64,000 nt of DNA, from NCBI GenBank assembly GCA_964634255.1, contig CAZWJC010000008.1, positions 381 through 64,380 of the forward strand. Reading direction: 5' to 3'. This DNA is from an uncultured Verrucomicrobiota bacterium. Lineage in GTDB: Bacteria; Verrucomicrobiota; Verrucomicrobiia; Limisphaerales; MWDV01. The position numbers and the translations under genes were made by a program. Of the stretch, positions 1-9,450 are shown piece after piece. The notes below the pieces were generated by a model. It was not told where the DNA came from. It ran no database searches and saw nothing but the letters and a program-made list of their open reading frames with translations. How positions within the stretch are numbered: position 1 is the first letter of the stretch; each line of letters opens with the position of its first letter.

Positions 1-394
1 CTTCGAAGTCCTTCTCCCACACGTCGAACACCGCCTTGCCTTCCTTCACGACGACCGAGTTCGTTTGAAAGCCACGCTCGCGTAGCCAGTAGGGTTCGTC
101 CTTCAAGCTGACATCCCGGAGGACTGACACCCGCACCGGCACGTTGGCGCGAAAGGAAATGTGTTCCGTGCCGAGGACCTCGCGCTCTTTCGCCGTTAGG
201 AACTGCTCCACCTTCGGCACGGTCAGGTTGGCCAGCTCATTTGTGTTGAGCGTGCGCTTCATCCGCTCGACAACCCCGGCCACTGTGTCGTGAACTGAAG
301 GATGTGGGCCGACGTGCGCCCAGAGCGGGGCCACGGCCCAGGCCATCAGCAGAATCGTAAGAGCCGTGGTGCGGCGATGGGTATTTGTGTTCAT
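1..394 (-). CDS. Hypothetical exported protein, N-terminal part only (gene runs off the left edge)
   Basis: My own reverse-strand translation from ATG at 394 gives MNTNTHRRTTALTILLMAWAVAPLWAHVGPHPSV... and stays open to position 1. The basic n-region plus hydrophobic core looks like a signal peptide. It is not in the ORF track because it has no stop inside the window. No family recognised. Confidence 0.45.
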   Translation of the reverse strand, partial: MNTNTHRRTTALTILLMAWAVAPLWAHVGPHPSVHDTVAGVVERMKRTLNTNELANLTVPKVEQFLTAKEREVLGTEHISFRANVPVRVSVLRDVSLKDEPYWLRERGFQTNSVVVKEGKAVFDVWEKDFE

Positions 395-570
395 GTCATG
401 CATTGCGAACGGCGACAATTTGGGGGCAGTTTGGTTCGGAGTAAAGTCGACCGCCGATCTTCGTGTTTTGCTGCGAGAAACGCTGCGAGGCAGGCCGTGC
501 TAGCAAGCCAGTGCGCCAGCGCTGCCGCCGCGGGATTGCCCGTCCCCACCTGCGCGCCTACGCTCTTGGC

Positions 571-1644
571 ATGAACAAATACAAAGTCCTCGTTGTGGGT
601 ATGGGCAAACGCGGCATGCACCACGCCACGTCGTTCAATGCCAATCCCAAGTTCCAGGTCGCGGGCATTTGCGACATTGACGCCAAACGTCTCGATGACG
701 CCGCCGCGAAGCTCGGCAACCCCGAGAAAGGCTCGGACGCCGCCGCGCTGGCCAAGGCCGTGAAGCCCGACGTGTTCTGCTTCTGCACGCTGCCCAACCT
801 GCGCACGCCGATGATCAAGGCCGCGCTGGATTCCGGCGCGAAGCTCATCGCGTTCGAGAAACCCGTTGCCCTCACTAGCGCCGAGGTGCTGAGCATCCGC
901 GACATGATCCGCAAAGCCGGCGCGAAAGCCGTCGTCAGCCACCAGCATCGCTACGGCAAGCATTACCAGAAGGTGAAGGAGATCGTCGCCAGCGGCGCGC
1001 TGGGCCGCGTCCACACCGTCTATGGCATGGCCACCGGTTGGATGACGCACATGCTCTCCCACATGATTGACTACTCGATGTGGTATAACGACTACGCCCC
1101 CGGCGTTTGGGCGATGGCGCAAGCCGCGGGCCGCGCCAAGTTCACGGACAATCATCCGTCGCCGGATTACATCGCGGGCTTCGTGCAATTCGCGAACGGC
1201 GTGCGCGGCATTTACGAATGCGGCGCGGGCGCGCCCGACCAACCGGAGGTCGGCAAGTGGTGGGGCAAGAACCGCATCGGCGCCCAGGGCACGGAAGGTT
1301 TCGTGGAAGTCTTGACCAACGGCGGTTGGCGCGCGGTTACCAAGGGCGGCGGCGCCCAGAGCGGCGACGGCGCGATGAATTACGACGCCGACATGCCGCC
1401 CTACATCCAAGAGATGGCCGATTGGTTGGACGACGACAAGAAGGTCCATCAGTGCAACATCGAGCACGCCTGCCTCGGCGCGGAAGTCATGCTGGCGCTC
1501 CAACGTTCCGCGTGCGAAGGCGGCCAGATCGCCCTGCCGCTCACTGCCGGTGCCGACGAGCAAGCCATGCTCAAGGCCAAGATCGCCGACAAGCCGGTCC
1601 TGGTTTCCTGCGAGCAGAACAAGAAAGAATTCGGGCTGGCGTAA
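571..1644 (+). CDS. Gfo/Idh/MocA family NAD(P)-dependent oxidoreductase
   Basis: ORF 463..1644. ATG at 571 gives MNKYKVLVVGMGKRGMHH..., the N-terminal Rossmann dinucleotide-binding fingerprint of this family. At ~357 aa the length is typical, and a hairpin terminator follows. Confidence 0.8.
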   Translation: MNKYKVLVVGMGKRGMHHATSFNANPKFQVAGICDIDAKRLDDAAAKLGNPEKGSDAAALAKAVKPDVFCFCTLPNLRTPMIKAALDSGAKLIAFEKPVALTSAEVLSIRDMIRKAGAKAVVSHQHRYGKHYQKVKEIVASGALGRVHTVYGMATGWMTHMLSHMIDYSMWYNDYAPGVWAMAQAAGRAKFTDNHPSPDYIAGFVQFANGVRGIYECGAGAPDQPEVGKWWGKNRIGAQGTEGFVEVLTNGGWRAVTKGGGAQSGDGAMNYDADMPPYIQEMADWLDDDKKVHQCNIEHACLGAEVMLALQRSACEGGQIALPLTAGADEQAMLKAKIADKPVLVSCEQNKKEFGLA

Positions 1645-1665
1645 GCGCGTTGTCGCAACTCGGTT

Positions 1666-2571
1666 TCACAAGGCCGCCGTTTCGGCGGCCTTTTGTTTTG
1701 GTGGAAGCACCGGCCGGTTGCCCTTTCGGTAATTGGCTGGCGTGAGGCCGGTGTAGCGCCGGAACACGGTGCAAAAATACTGCCCGGAGTTGAAACCGGT
1801 TTCCATGGCGATTTCGGTCATGGACCGGGTGGAGTTGCGGAGCAGCTCCTGCGCTTTCTCGATCCGCAACCGCTGGAGATAGTCATTCGGCGTGAGGCCC
1901 GTCTGGGACTTGAAGAGTTCGAACGTGCGGGCCCGGCTGAAGCCGAGATGGCGGACCAGATCCGGCATCTGAATGGGCTCGTGAAGGTGTTGCCGGAAAA
2001 AGGCCATGGCGGCCGCGACAGATTCCCGCGGCTCGGTGGGCGGCGCCAGCATTTGAAACATGGATTCCACCAGCACGGCACAGACGAGCGTGCGCAACGC
2101 GGCTGGGGCGTTTGCCGAATCGGGCTTCACTGGATGCGCAACGATTTCATCCATCAAGCGACGCACCAGCCAGCGCAGCGACGGATTGAACAGCCGTACC
2201 TTCCGGCTGGATTGTTCCAGCGCCGTGCGGAGGTGGCGGACATCGGTGTTGGTGAAGGTGGTGTTCCGCCACCCGCCGCGGCGTGAGGGGTTGATCGCCA
2301 GGCCGCAGATTGTCGAGGGTGAACGAACATTGTGCAATCCCCGGTGGACTGTGCGCGGTGGAATGACCAGGAAGTGGCCACCGCGCAATCTGACCGTCTC
2401 CCGGTTGCCGAACTCGTACGCGGTGGCGCCTTCCAGGAGAAAGAGGAGTTCGTAACCCTCGTGGGAGTGCCAACTGATGCGGTTGGCGGTGTGGCTGCGC
2501 ACGCGGCTCACATGGAGCACCATGGGCAACCCGATCTGCGGACCGGAGATTTCAACGGACTGGAGTTTCAT
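1666..2571 (-). CDS. AraC family transcriptional regulator (cupin sensor domain plus C-terminal AraC-type HTH)
   Basis: ORF 1666..2664. The internal ATG at 2571 (MKLQSVEISG...) avoids overlap with the divergent gene. The C-terminal half (...FFRQHLHEPIQMPDLVRHLGFSRARTFELFKSQTGLTPNDYLQRLRIEKAQELL...IAMETGFNSGQYFCTVFRRYTGLTPANYR) shows the two-HTH AraC signature. Confidence 0.85.
   Translation of the reverse strand: MKLQSVEISGPQIGLPMVLHVSRVRSHTANRISWHSHEGYELLFLLEGATAYEFGNRETVRLRGGHFLVIPPRTVHRGLHNVRSPSTICGLAINPSRRGGWRNTTFTNTDVRHLRTALEQSSRKVRLFNPSLRWLVRRLMDEIVAHPVKPDSANAPAALRTLVCAVLVESMFQMLAPPTEPRESVAAAMAFFRQHLHEPIQMPDLVRHLGFSRARTFELFKSQTGLTPNDYLQRLRIEKAQELLRNSTRSMTEIAMETGFNSGQYFCTVFRRYTGLTPANYRKGNRPVLPPKQKAAETAAL
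1671..1699 (+). terminator. Rho-independent terminator of the oxidoreductase gene
   Basis: AGGCCGCCG-TTT-CGGCGGCCT is a perfect 9-bp GC-rich stem (1671-1691) followed by TTTTGTTTT. It overlaps the last codons of the convergent AraC gene. Confidence 0.6.
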
Positions 2572-2654
2572 CACGCCTTCTGAGTCTGAATTTCGAAATC
2601 GTCCAATGGACGATATCGAACGACAATTCCAGAAAGCGATGCCAGTCTGGCAGC

Positions 2655-3533
2655 ATGAAGACAAGACGAATCTCAGATTGGTTGAAAACCCTGCCGCTGG
2701 CGGCCCTGTGCGCCACGGCCCTTCCGCTCGGCGCGCAGAATCTGACGCAGCACTGGAAGCTGGATGACGCCACTCTGACCTTCACCGATTACCTGGCACC
2801 CCTCATCAATGAGGTGGCGGGAGGTTCGCAGGCTTTCGTCCACAACGGCACCAACGCGTCGCCTGCGCCGCTGGCTGCCCAGCCCGGCGCTCGGGGGACA
2901 ACCGGGACTTCGGTTTTGTTACAGAACCGATACGAGCACATTGAATTGGGAAATGTGAGCCCGCGCACCGGGGCGTTCACCCTGGCGCTTTGGTTTAACC
3001 GAGACAGCGCTGCCACCTCGGGATTCGACCTGACCAGCAACCAAGAGCACATCATCTCCGCCAACCAAGCCCAGGCGGGCCGGTGGAACCTGAACGCTGT
3101 CAGCTTCAACTCTGCGACGGAGACGTTCAGCTTGCAGCTCTTCAGCAACCCGGGAGGTTGGACCGGCAGCGGCACCTCCAGCTCGTTCACGTTTGCCAGC
3201 GGGCTGACCAGCGACACTTGGTACCATTTCGCCATGACGCGTGACAGCGCCAACACTCTTACGTTCTACCTGAATGGAACGGAGGTAGCCTCACGCAGCA
3301 ATGCGAACGACTTCACCGAAGGCACCAGCGGGGTCTGGCTGGGGCTCGATCCCGCGCTGACCACGCCCGCCTCACGGGCCTTCACCGGCGCCTTTGACGA
3401 CGTGCGATTCTACGACGGTCCGTTGAGTGGCAGTCAGATTGCGGCTTTGGTCCCCGAGCCTGCCTCGTTCTCGCTCCTGCTCATCGTGGGGAGCGTTTTG
3501 GGGTGGGCCGCAAATCGGAAGCGTGGGTATTGA
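2655..3533 (+). CDS. PEP-CTERM-anchored LamG/concanavalin-like lectin-domain protein
   Basis: N-terminal signal peptide (MKTRRISDWLKTLPLAALCATALPLGAQ) and a LamG-like core (FTLALWFN...WYHFAMTRD...LTFYLNG...FTGAFDDVRFYD). The C-terminus VPEPASFSLLLIVGSVLGWAANRKRGY has the PEP motif, a TM helix and a basic cluster. Confidence 0.8.
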   Translation: MKTRRISDWLKTLPLAALCATALPLGAQNLTQHWKLDDATLTFTDYLAPLINEVAGGSQAFVHNGTNASPAPLAAQPGARGTTGTSVLLQNRYEHIELGNVSPRTGAFTLALWFNRDSAATSGFDLTSNQEHIISANQAQAGRWNLNAVSFNSATETFSLQLFSNPGGWTGSGTSSSFTFASGLTSDTWYHFAMTRDSANTLTFYLNGTEVASRSNANDFTEGTSGVWLGLDPALTTPASRAFTGAFDDVRFYDGPLSGSQIAALVPEPASFSLLLIVGSVLGWAANRKRGY

Positions 3534-3842
3534 GGCGCATCCTCAGGTTCCGGGACTGGCCCCCAAGTTCAAGGCTGGCGGGGCGGTTGAGGACGACAGC
3601 CCGGGGCCGGGCGACTCAAATCCAACTCCGAGGATGCAAAAACTCCCTGCCACGAGTTTTACGGGGGTCGCAGGGGCGTTGGCGGTGGGCAATGGGCTCG
3701 CCGCCAACGCCGACCTTAGTTGCTCCGCCCGCCCGGCGCTTCGGTCCGCCCGCAAGCGGTATCCGCACCTCGAGTCGATGAAACCTCTCATGAGAGCGCC
3801 AGCAAATTGCTCGGACAGGGGAGTAAGCCGTAATGTGAAGAG

Positions 3843-5552
3843 ATGAAGATAACCGATTTCAGGAACTTCCCCGCGATCGCTGCGGTGCGACATGCCTTGA
3901 GCCGCGTGGCGGCGAGAAAGCGCTGGTTCCGTTGCATCCCTCTCGTCGCCGGCGTTCTGTTGATGGCGTGGACCGTCCGAGCCGCTACAGGATCCGCCTC
4001 TGACCGCCCGCCGTCCCAATCGGTTCCGGGAGTCGTCATCACCCACAGCCCGGCATCGTCGGGGCTGTATATCGGCTCGCCCGCCATCACGATTCTCACC
4101 AACGGCGATTACGTGGCGGCGCACGACTTCTTCGGCCCAAAGAGCAAGGAACATGAACGTGCGTCCACCGAGGTGTTCCGCTCAACGGATCGCGGCAACA
4201 CTTGGAAGAAGGCCGCCGATATTCCTGGAGCGTTTTGGTCGTCGCTCTTCGTGCATCGCGGCGCGCTCTATCTGATCGGCCTGCATCGGCATCACGGTCA
4301 TATCAACATCTGCCGCTCGACCGACGGCGGCTTGACCTGGACTTCACCCACCAATCGCCAGACAGGTATTTTGCGCGACGACGTCCGCTACCACACTGCG
4401 CCCGTACCGGTGATCGAGCACAATGGCCGGCTATGGCGTGCGTTCGAGGATGCCATGGGTGGCACGAACTGGGGTGAGCGTTACCGCGCAGGGATGTTGT
4501 CCGTACCGGTGGACGCCGACCTGCTCGAGGCTGCGAACTGGACCTCCACCAGTTTCCTGCCGAGCGAGCGCGCTTGGAATGGTGGTGACATGGGCGGCTG
4601 GTTGGAAGGTAACGCGGTGATTACGCGTGAGGGCCGTGTGGTCAACGTGCTCCGCGTGGAAACCCGGAATTGCCCCGAGAAGGCAGCGATGGTCCACATC
4701 AGCCCTGACGGCAAGCTTGCCAGTTTTGATCCTGCGAAGGGCTTCATCAACTTCCCTGGCGGCGCGAAGAAGTTCACGATCCGCTTCGACGCGAAGAGCG
4801 ACCTCTACTGGTCGGTGGCTTCAGTCGTCCTGCCGCGCCTGCAAAAAGCCGGCCGGCCCGGCGGCATTCGCGACGCGCTCGCGCTCACCTGTTCGCCGAA
4901 TCTTCTCCACTGGACGGAGCGCTGCACCTTGCTCTACCACCCGGACATCGGGAAGCACGGCTTCCAGTATGTGGACTGGCAGTTCGATGGCGACGACATC
5001 ATCGCGGCCTGCCGCACGGCTTACGACGATGGTCTCGGTGGCGCGAACAACTACCACGACGCGAATTATCTCACCTTCCATCGCATCGCCAGTTTCCGTA
5101 ACAAGACACCGGCGGACTCTGTGCCGACGCCTGTGCCGCATGTGAAACGACTCCAAGGCGACGGTTGGGCCTTGGAAGGCGAGCGATTCGAGGTGGCCCG
5201 GCTGGAGAACGGCGCGAAGGCGTTTGCCAACCGCGACTACGTCTGGCAGGGCGTCCCGGCAGAGTATCGCGGCTGGCAATTCACACGCCTGCGAGGCGGT
5301 GAGCGGATGGACATGACCGTGAAGGCCGAGCGCGAAGCGATGCTGTATCTGGCCACCGCCGTGGGGCAGTCGGTCAACATCAACCTCGACGGCTGGACGC
5401 AAACGGCTGCCGCGTTCACTTACGGCGACCCAAAGAACACCAAGTTGACGGTGCTCACCCGCACGTTGAAAGCCGGGGAGGGACTCTGGCTGCCGCAGGG
5501 CAATTGGACGGGCGGACTTTTGCTCTGGCCGGCCAACGGGAATAACAAGTAA
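3843..5552 (+). CDS. BNR/Asp-box repeat glycosidase, sialidase (GH33)-like, with extra C-terminal domain
   Basis: Signal-anchor N-terminus. Asp-box motifs S-x-D-x-G-x-T-W are present (FRSTDRGNTWKK, CRSTDGGLTWTS). The 569-aa ORF has no competing frame. Confidence 0.75.
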   Translation: MKITDFRNFPAIAAVRHALSRVAARKRWFRCIPLVAGVLLMAWTVRAATGSASDRPPSQSVPGVVITHSPASSGLYIGSPAITILTNGDYVAAHDFFGPKSKEHERASTEVFRSTDRGNTWKKAADIPGAFWSSLFVHRGALYLIGLHRHHGHINICRSTDGGLTWTSPTNRQTGILRDDVRYHTAPVPVIEHNGRLWRAFEDAMGGTNWGERYRAGMLSVPVDADLLEAANWTSTSFLPSERAWNGGDMGGWLEGNAVITREGRVVNVLRVETRNCPEKAAMVHISPDGKLASFDPAKGFINFPGGAKKFTIRFDAKSDLYWSVASVVLPRLQKAGRPGGIRDALALTCSPNLLHWTERCTLLYHPDIGKHGFQYVDWQFDGDDIIAACRTAYDDGLGGANNYHDANYLTFHRIASFRNKTPADSVPTPVPHVKRLQGDGWALEGERFEVARLENGAKAFANRDYVWQGVPAEYRGWQFTRLRGGERMDMTVKAEREAMLYLATAVGQSVNINLDGWTQTAAAFTYGDPKNTKLTVLTRTLKAGEGLWLPQGNWTGGLLLWPANGNNK

Positions 5553-5559
5553 AGGCATT

Positions 5560-6510
5560 ATGACAACCCCAGCGAAGTCACCGTTACAGGGGATCGTTCC
5601 GCCGCTCGTCACACCGCTGGCGAGTCGGGACATGCTCGACGTGCCCGGATTGGAACGACTGATCGAACACGTGTTGAGGGGGGGCGTGCATGGGCTGTTC
5701 ATTCTGGGCACGAGCGGCGAAGCCCCGAGCTTGAGCTACCGGTTACGGCGCGAATTTGTCCAGCGCGTGTGCCGGCAGGTCGCTGGACGTGTGCCCGTGT
5801 TGGTAGGCATCACCGACACCTCGCTCGTCGAAGCGGTTTCCCTGGCCCGGCATGCCGCAGCCGCCGGGGCGGAAGCCGTGGTCACTTCGGCACCCTATTA
5901 CTTCCCCGCCGGACAGAGCGAGCTGCATGAATTCATCCGTCAACTGGTCCTCGAGTTGCCGTTGCCACTCTATCTCTACAACATGCCCCAGATGACCAAG
6001 ACGCAGTTCGAGCCGGACACGCTGCGGCGGTTGGCCGAACTGGACGGCATCATCGGCGTCAAAGATAGCTCCGGCAATCTGGATTACTTCCGGCAGGTAG
6101 TGGAGGTGGCCAAGGCCCGCCCGGATTGGCGGCTGTTCATGGGGCCGGAGCATTTGCTGGTGGAGGCTTTGCGCTTGGGTGGACACGGGGGCGTGAACGG
6201 CGGCGCACAGGTCGAGCCGCGGTTGCTTGTCAACATCTACGAGGCGGCGATGAACCAGGACGAAACCCGCGTGGCGGAACTGCAGCGTCGCTTGCTGCGG
6301 CTTGGCGAAATTTACCGCGCCGACTCCAACGCTTCGGCCGTGGTCAAAGGCATGAAGTGCGCGCTGGCCCTGATGGGTATCTGCAGCGACGTTCCTGCCG
6401 AGCCTATGACCCGATTCGCAACACCGGAACGAAAAAGCATCCGGACCACACTCGAAGGCTTGGGCCTTCTCAGCGCACGGATCAACGGTGTGACCGCGGC
6501 AACGGCTTGA
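5560..6510 (+). CDS. DapA/N-acetylneuraminate lyase family class I aldolase
   Basis: Family motifs are GLFILGTSGEAPSLS (GTTGE-like), TSAPYY and the Schiff-base lysine context IIGVKDSSGN. It starts 8 bp after the sialidase-like gene. Confidence 0.85.
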   Translation: MTTPAKSPLQGIVPPLVTPLASRDMLDVPGLERLIEHVLRGGVHGLFILGTSGEAPSLSYRLRREFVQRVCRQVAGRVPVLVGITDTSLVEAVSLARHAAAAGAEAVVTSAPYYFPAGQSELHEFIRQLVLELPLPLYLYNMPQMTKTQFEPDTLRRLAELDGIIGVKDSSGNLDYFRQVVEVAKARPDWRLFMGPEHLLVEALRLGGHGGVNGGAQVEPRLLVNIYEAAMNQDETRVAELQRRLLRLGEIYRADSNASAVVKGMKCALALMGICSDVPAEPMTRFATPERKSIRTTLEGLGLLSARINGVTAATA

Positions 6511-6574
6511 GCCCGGCTGGACCGTCTCACATTCATCGCTTGAGCCGCGCCGCCCATCGCTGTTTCATTGGAGT

Positions 6575-8044
6575 GTGATTCAGGACCGCTGCGCTCAAGA
6601 CCGGTCGCTCGCCGAGCCGCGCTGTCGCAAGACGGCGTTTGCCGGGCTCGTCTTCCTCATAGCTGCCAGCTTCACCTGCATGAAACCAACCCCGACCTTT
6701 GCCAATTCGGAGACTCCGGCCGCACGAGAGCGCCAAGTCACTCACGCCCGTTACGGCCACATCCTCACCAACACCGGCGTGTGGTCGCCCGATGGCCGCT
6801 GGATCGTCTATGACACCCGTTCTGATCCTGCGGGCTCGGTGTTCGACGGCAACCGCGTTGAAATGGTCAACGTCGAAACCGGCGAGGTGAAGGTGCTCTA
6901 CGAATCAAAGAACGGTGCGCATTGTGGCGTGGCGACGTTTCATCCGCGTGAATGGAAGGTGGTTTTCATCCTTGGCCCGGAAAACCCAACACCGGATTGG
7001 CAATACTCCGTTAGCCATCGCCAAGGGGTGATCGTGGACGTGCCGAAAACCGGCGCTCCGTCGCCCGCGACCACCCCACGCTTTCTGGATGCCCGCGATC
7101 TTACGCCGCCGTTCACGCCCGGCGCGCTGCGCGGCGGCTCGCATGTTCACGTTTGGGATCCCGCCGGCGAGTGGGTCAGTTTCACCTACGAGGATCACGT
7201 CCTCGCCCAGCTTGGTGAAGCAGATGCCTCGGCACACGATCTGAACCACCGCAACATCGGCGTGAGCGTCCCGGGCAGGCCAGTGCGTGTGGACTCCGAC
7301 CATCCGCGCAATCACTCCGGCGATTACTTCACCGTGCTGGTGACGCGGACCGTCGCCCAACCGAAACCCGGCTCGGACGAAATCAACCGCGCCTTCGAGG
7401 AAGGCTGGATTGGCACGAACGGCTACGTGCGCACGGATGGATCACGGCAGCGCCACGCCCTCGCGTTCTTGGGTAATGCCATTACCGCGAAAGGCGCAAC
7501 CAATTCCGAGGTGTTCGTGGCGGACCTGCCCGAAGACCTCACCCAGCCTGGCGACGGCCCCCTCTGCGGCACCGCGACTCATGCCCCGTTTCCTCCGCGC
7601 GGCGTGATGCAGCGCCGGCTGACTTTCACGGCGGATCGGAAGTTCCCCGGGGTTCAAGGCCCGCGCCATTGGCTGCGGAGTTCGCCTGACGGTTCCACCA
7701 TTGCGTTCTTGATGAAAGACGATGCCGGCGTGGCCCAGCTCTGGACGATCTCCCCCAACGGCGGCCCGGCGAAGAGACTCACGCGGAACCTTACGCCGAT
7801 CGCCAGTACGTTTACGTGGAGTCCCGACGGCCGTTACTTGGCGCACGTAACGGACAACAGTGTGTGTGTCAGCAACGCCCGCACGGGGGAAACCCGGCGA
7901 CTGACCGCACGCAGTGATGATGCTTCCGCTCCTCGACCGGAGGCGTGCGTCTTTTCGCCTGATGGCGGGGAGATCGCGTTCGTTCGCCCGATCGTATCTG
8001 ACAGCCAGCGATTCAACCAAATCCACCTGGTCTCACTCCGCTGA
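6575..8044 (+). CDS. TolB/DUF3748-like beta-propeller protein
   Basis: PD40-type strands (VWSPDGRWIVYDTRSD, SSPDGSTIAFLMKDD, WSPDGRYLAHVTDNS, FSPDGGEIAFV). The start is uncertain; an alternative ATG at 6680 gives MKPTPTF.... The family name comes from memory of the motif pattern only. Confidence 0.55.
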   Translation: MIQDRCAQDRSLAEPRCRKTAFAGLVFLIAASFTCMKPTPTFANSETPAARERQVTHARYGHILTNTGVWSPDGRWIVYDTRSDPAGSVFDGNRVEMVNVETGEVKVLYESKNGAHCGVATFHPREWKVVFILGPENPTPDWQYSVSHRQGVIVDVPKTGAPSPATTPRFLDARDLTPPFTPGALRGGSHVHVWDPAGEWVSFTYEDHVLAQLGEADASAHDLNHRNIGVSVPGRPVRVDSDHPRNHSGDYFTVLVTRTVAQPKPGSDEINRAFEEGWIGTNGYVRTDGSRQRHALAFLGNAITAKGATNSEVFVADLPEDLTQPGDGPLCGTATHAPFPPRGVMQRRLTFTADRKFPGVQGPRHWLRSSPDGSTIAFLMKDDAGVAQLWTISPNGGPAKRLTRNLTPIASTFTWSPDGRYLAHVTDNSVCVSNARTGETRRLTARSDDASAPRPEACVFSPDGGEIAFVRPIVSDSQRFNQIHLVSLR

Positions 8045-8183
8045 CAAGCGCGCGCGCTGCGCAACGAACACTCAAGCTTCTGGTCTGAAGAACTGAGCCC
8101 GGATCTTGGGAGCGTTCCAAGGGCGCGGGCGGAAAACCCGCACAGTCCACCGTTTCGACAAGGAAGCCTCGAAATGTTTCTTC

Positions 8184-8211
8184 TTGCACATCCAGATGAT
8201 TGCAGTATGAT
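8184..8211 (+). promoter_or_regulatory. Candidate sigma70-type promoter for the SPFH operon
   Basis: TTGCAC, a 16-nt spacer, then TATGAT, in a locally AT-richer stretch about 60 bp upstream of ATG 8269. Motif match only. Confidence 0.3.
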
Positions 8212-8268
8212 ATCGCAAAGATATCTTCCACCGTTTGGTTTGTGGGTTATCTGGGAATTAGGACTGAT

Positions 8269-9270
8269 ATGAAAACGACAACTGAGAACGCGAATCGCGA
8301 GCAAGTGGTCACCGTCAAGAACGGCTGGGCGATGCTGCCGCTCAACATCCTTCTGCTCATCGCTGGCCCGGCGATGTTCATCACCTCGATCGTCATGGGC
8401 GAGCGGCAGCATGGGCCGCCTTACTGGCCGCTCTTCGTGGCGGGGATACTGGTCCTTGCGGCTGCGATCATCATGATTTTCGGCTTTTTCGCCCTGCAGC
8501 CGAACCAGGCCCGAGTGCTCGTGCTGTTCGGGGAGTATCGCGGCACGGTGCGTGCGAGCGGCTTCCATTGGGGCAATCCGTTTTACTCCAACGGGCCTTC
8601 GTCCCTCCGCGCCATCGCCGAGGCGGGGAAGACCGGTGACAAGAACGCCATTGCCCAAGCGATGAAGAAGCACCCGTCGCGGAACAAGATCTCGCTCCGC
8701 GCCCGCAACCTGAACGGGGACAAGCTCAAGGTGAACGACAAGCGCGGCAACCCCATTGAGATCGGCGCCGTCGTGGTCTGGCGTGTGCAGGATACCGCCC
8801 AAGCCATGTTCGACGTGGACGACTACGAGAGCTACGTCTCCATCCAGAGTGAATCCGCGCTGCGCCATCTGGCCAACTCCTACGCCTACGACAACGGCGA
8901 GGAAAACGAGACCACGCTGCGCAGCGGCGTGGACGAGGTTTCTCTAGCCTTGAAGCAGGAACTCCATGAACGGCTGACCAAAGCCGGCGTGGTGGTCGAG
9001 GAGGCGCGCCTCACGCATCTGGCCTACGCGCCGGAAATCGCCCAAGCCATGCTGCGTCGCCAGCAGGCCGAAGCCGTCATTGCCGCGCGGCAGAAGATTG
9101 TCCACGGGGCGGTGAGCATGGTGGAGATGGCATTGAGGGATCTCGCCGAGAAGAAAGTCCTGACCCTCGACGACGATCGCAAGGCCGCGATGGTCAGCAA
9201 CCTCATGGTTGTGCTCTGCGGCGAATCGGAGGTTCACCCCGTCGTCAACACCGGCACCCTCTACGCCTGA
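8269..9270 (+). CDS. SPFH/band-7 (stomatin-prohibitin-flotillin-HflKC) domain membrane protein
   Basis: ORF 8200..9270 with ATG at 8269 ([11 protein letters not shown]...). Two N-terminal TM helices are followed by an SPFH core ([21 protein letters not shown]...[40 protein letters not shown]) and a C-terminal coiled-coil [17 protein letters not shown]. Confidence 0.85.
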   Translation: MKTTTENANREQVVTVKNGWAMLPLNILLLIAGPAMFITSIVMGERQHGPPYWPLFVAGILVLAAAIIMIFGFFALQPNQARVLVLFGEYRGTVRASGFHWGNPFYSNGPSSLRAIAEAGKTGDKNAIAQAMKKHPSRNKISLRARNLNGDKLKVNDKRGNPIEIGAVVVWRVQDTAQAMFDVDDYESYVSIQSESALRHLANSYAYDNGEENETTLRSGVDEVSLALKQELHERLTKAGVVVEEARLTHLAYAPEIAQAMLRRQQAEAVIAARQKIVHGAVSMVEMALRDLAEKKVLTLDDDRKAAMVSNLMVVLCGESEVHPVVNTGTLYA

Positions 9271-9276
9271 GTTTGC

Positions 9277-9450
9277 ATGGCCGAACGCAAGAGTTTCCTG
9301 CTTCGAATGGACCCTGCGCTCTGGGCCGAGCTTGAGGCCTGGGCGCAGACCGAACTCCGCAGCGTGAACGGCCAGATCGAATACCTGTTGAAACAGGCGG
9401 TCCAGAAACGGAAGCGCGATAGTGCAACCACCACAACCGATGAAAGCTGA
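9277..9450 (+). CDS. Small ribbon-helix-helix (Arc/MetJ-like) DNA-binding protein, 57 aa
   Basis: My own translation gives [57 protein letters not shown]. The pattern is a beta-strand (SFLLRM) followed by helix, turn and helix, typical of RHH proteins. It starts 7 bp after the SPFH stop and falls below the 60-aa cut-off of the ORF track. Confidence 0.6.
   Translation: MAERKSFLLRMDPALWAELEAWAQTELRSVNGQIEYLLKQAVQKRKRDSATTTTDES

Noticed and set aside
391-1563. 390-aa minus-strand ORF antisense to the Gfo/Idh/MocA gene
   Set aside because: It lies entirely antisense to an ORF with a clear Rossmann signature. The product is Arg/Ala/Gly/His-rich with no motif. This is the typical long stop-free antisense frame of GC-rich DNA.
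3534-3842. ORFs 3427..3846 (+), 3503..3781 (+) and 3543..4154 (-) in the gap between the LamG and sialidase-like genes
   Set aside because: They are mutually overlapping and Arg/Pro/Ala-rich, with no motifs. They overlap the well-supported flanking genes, so the gap is treated as intergenic.
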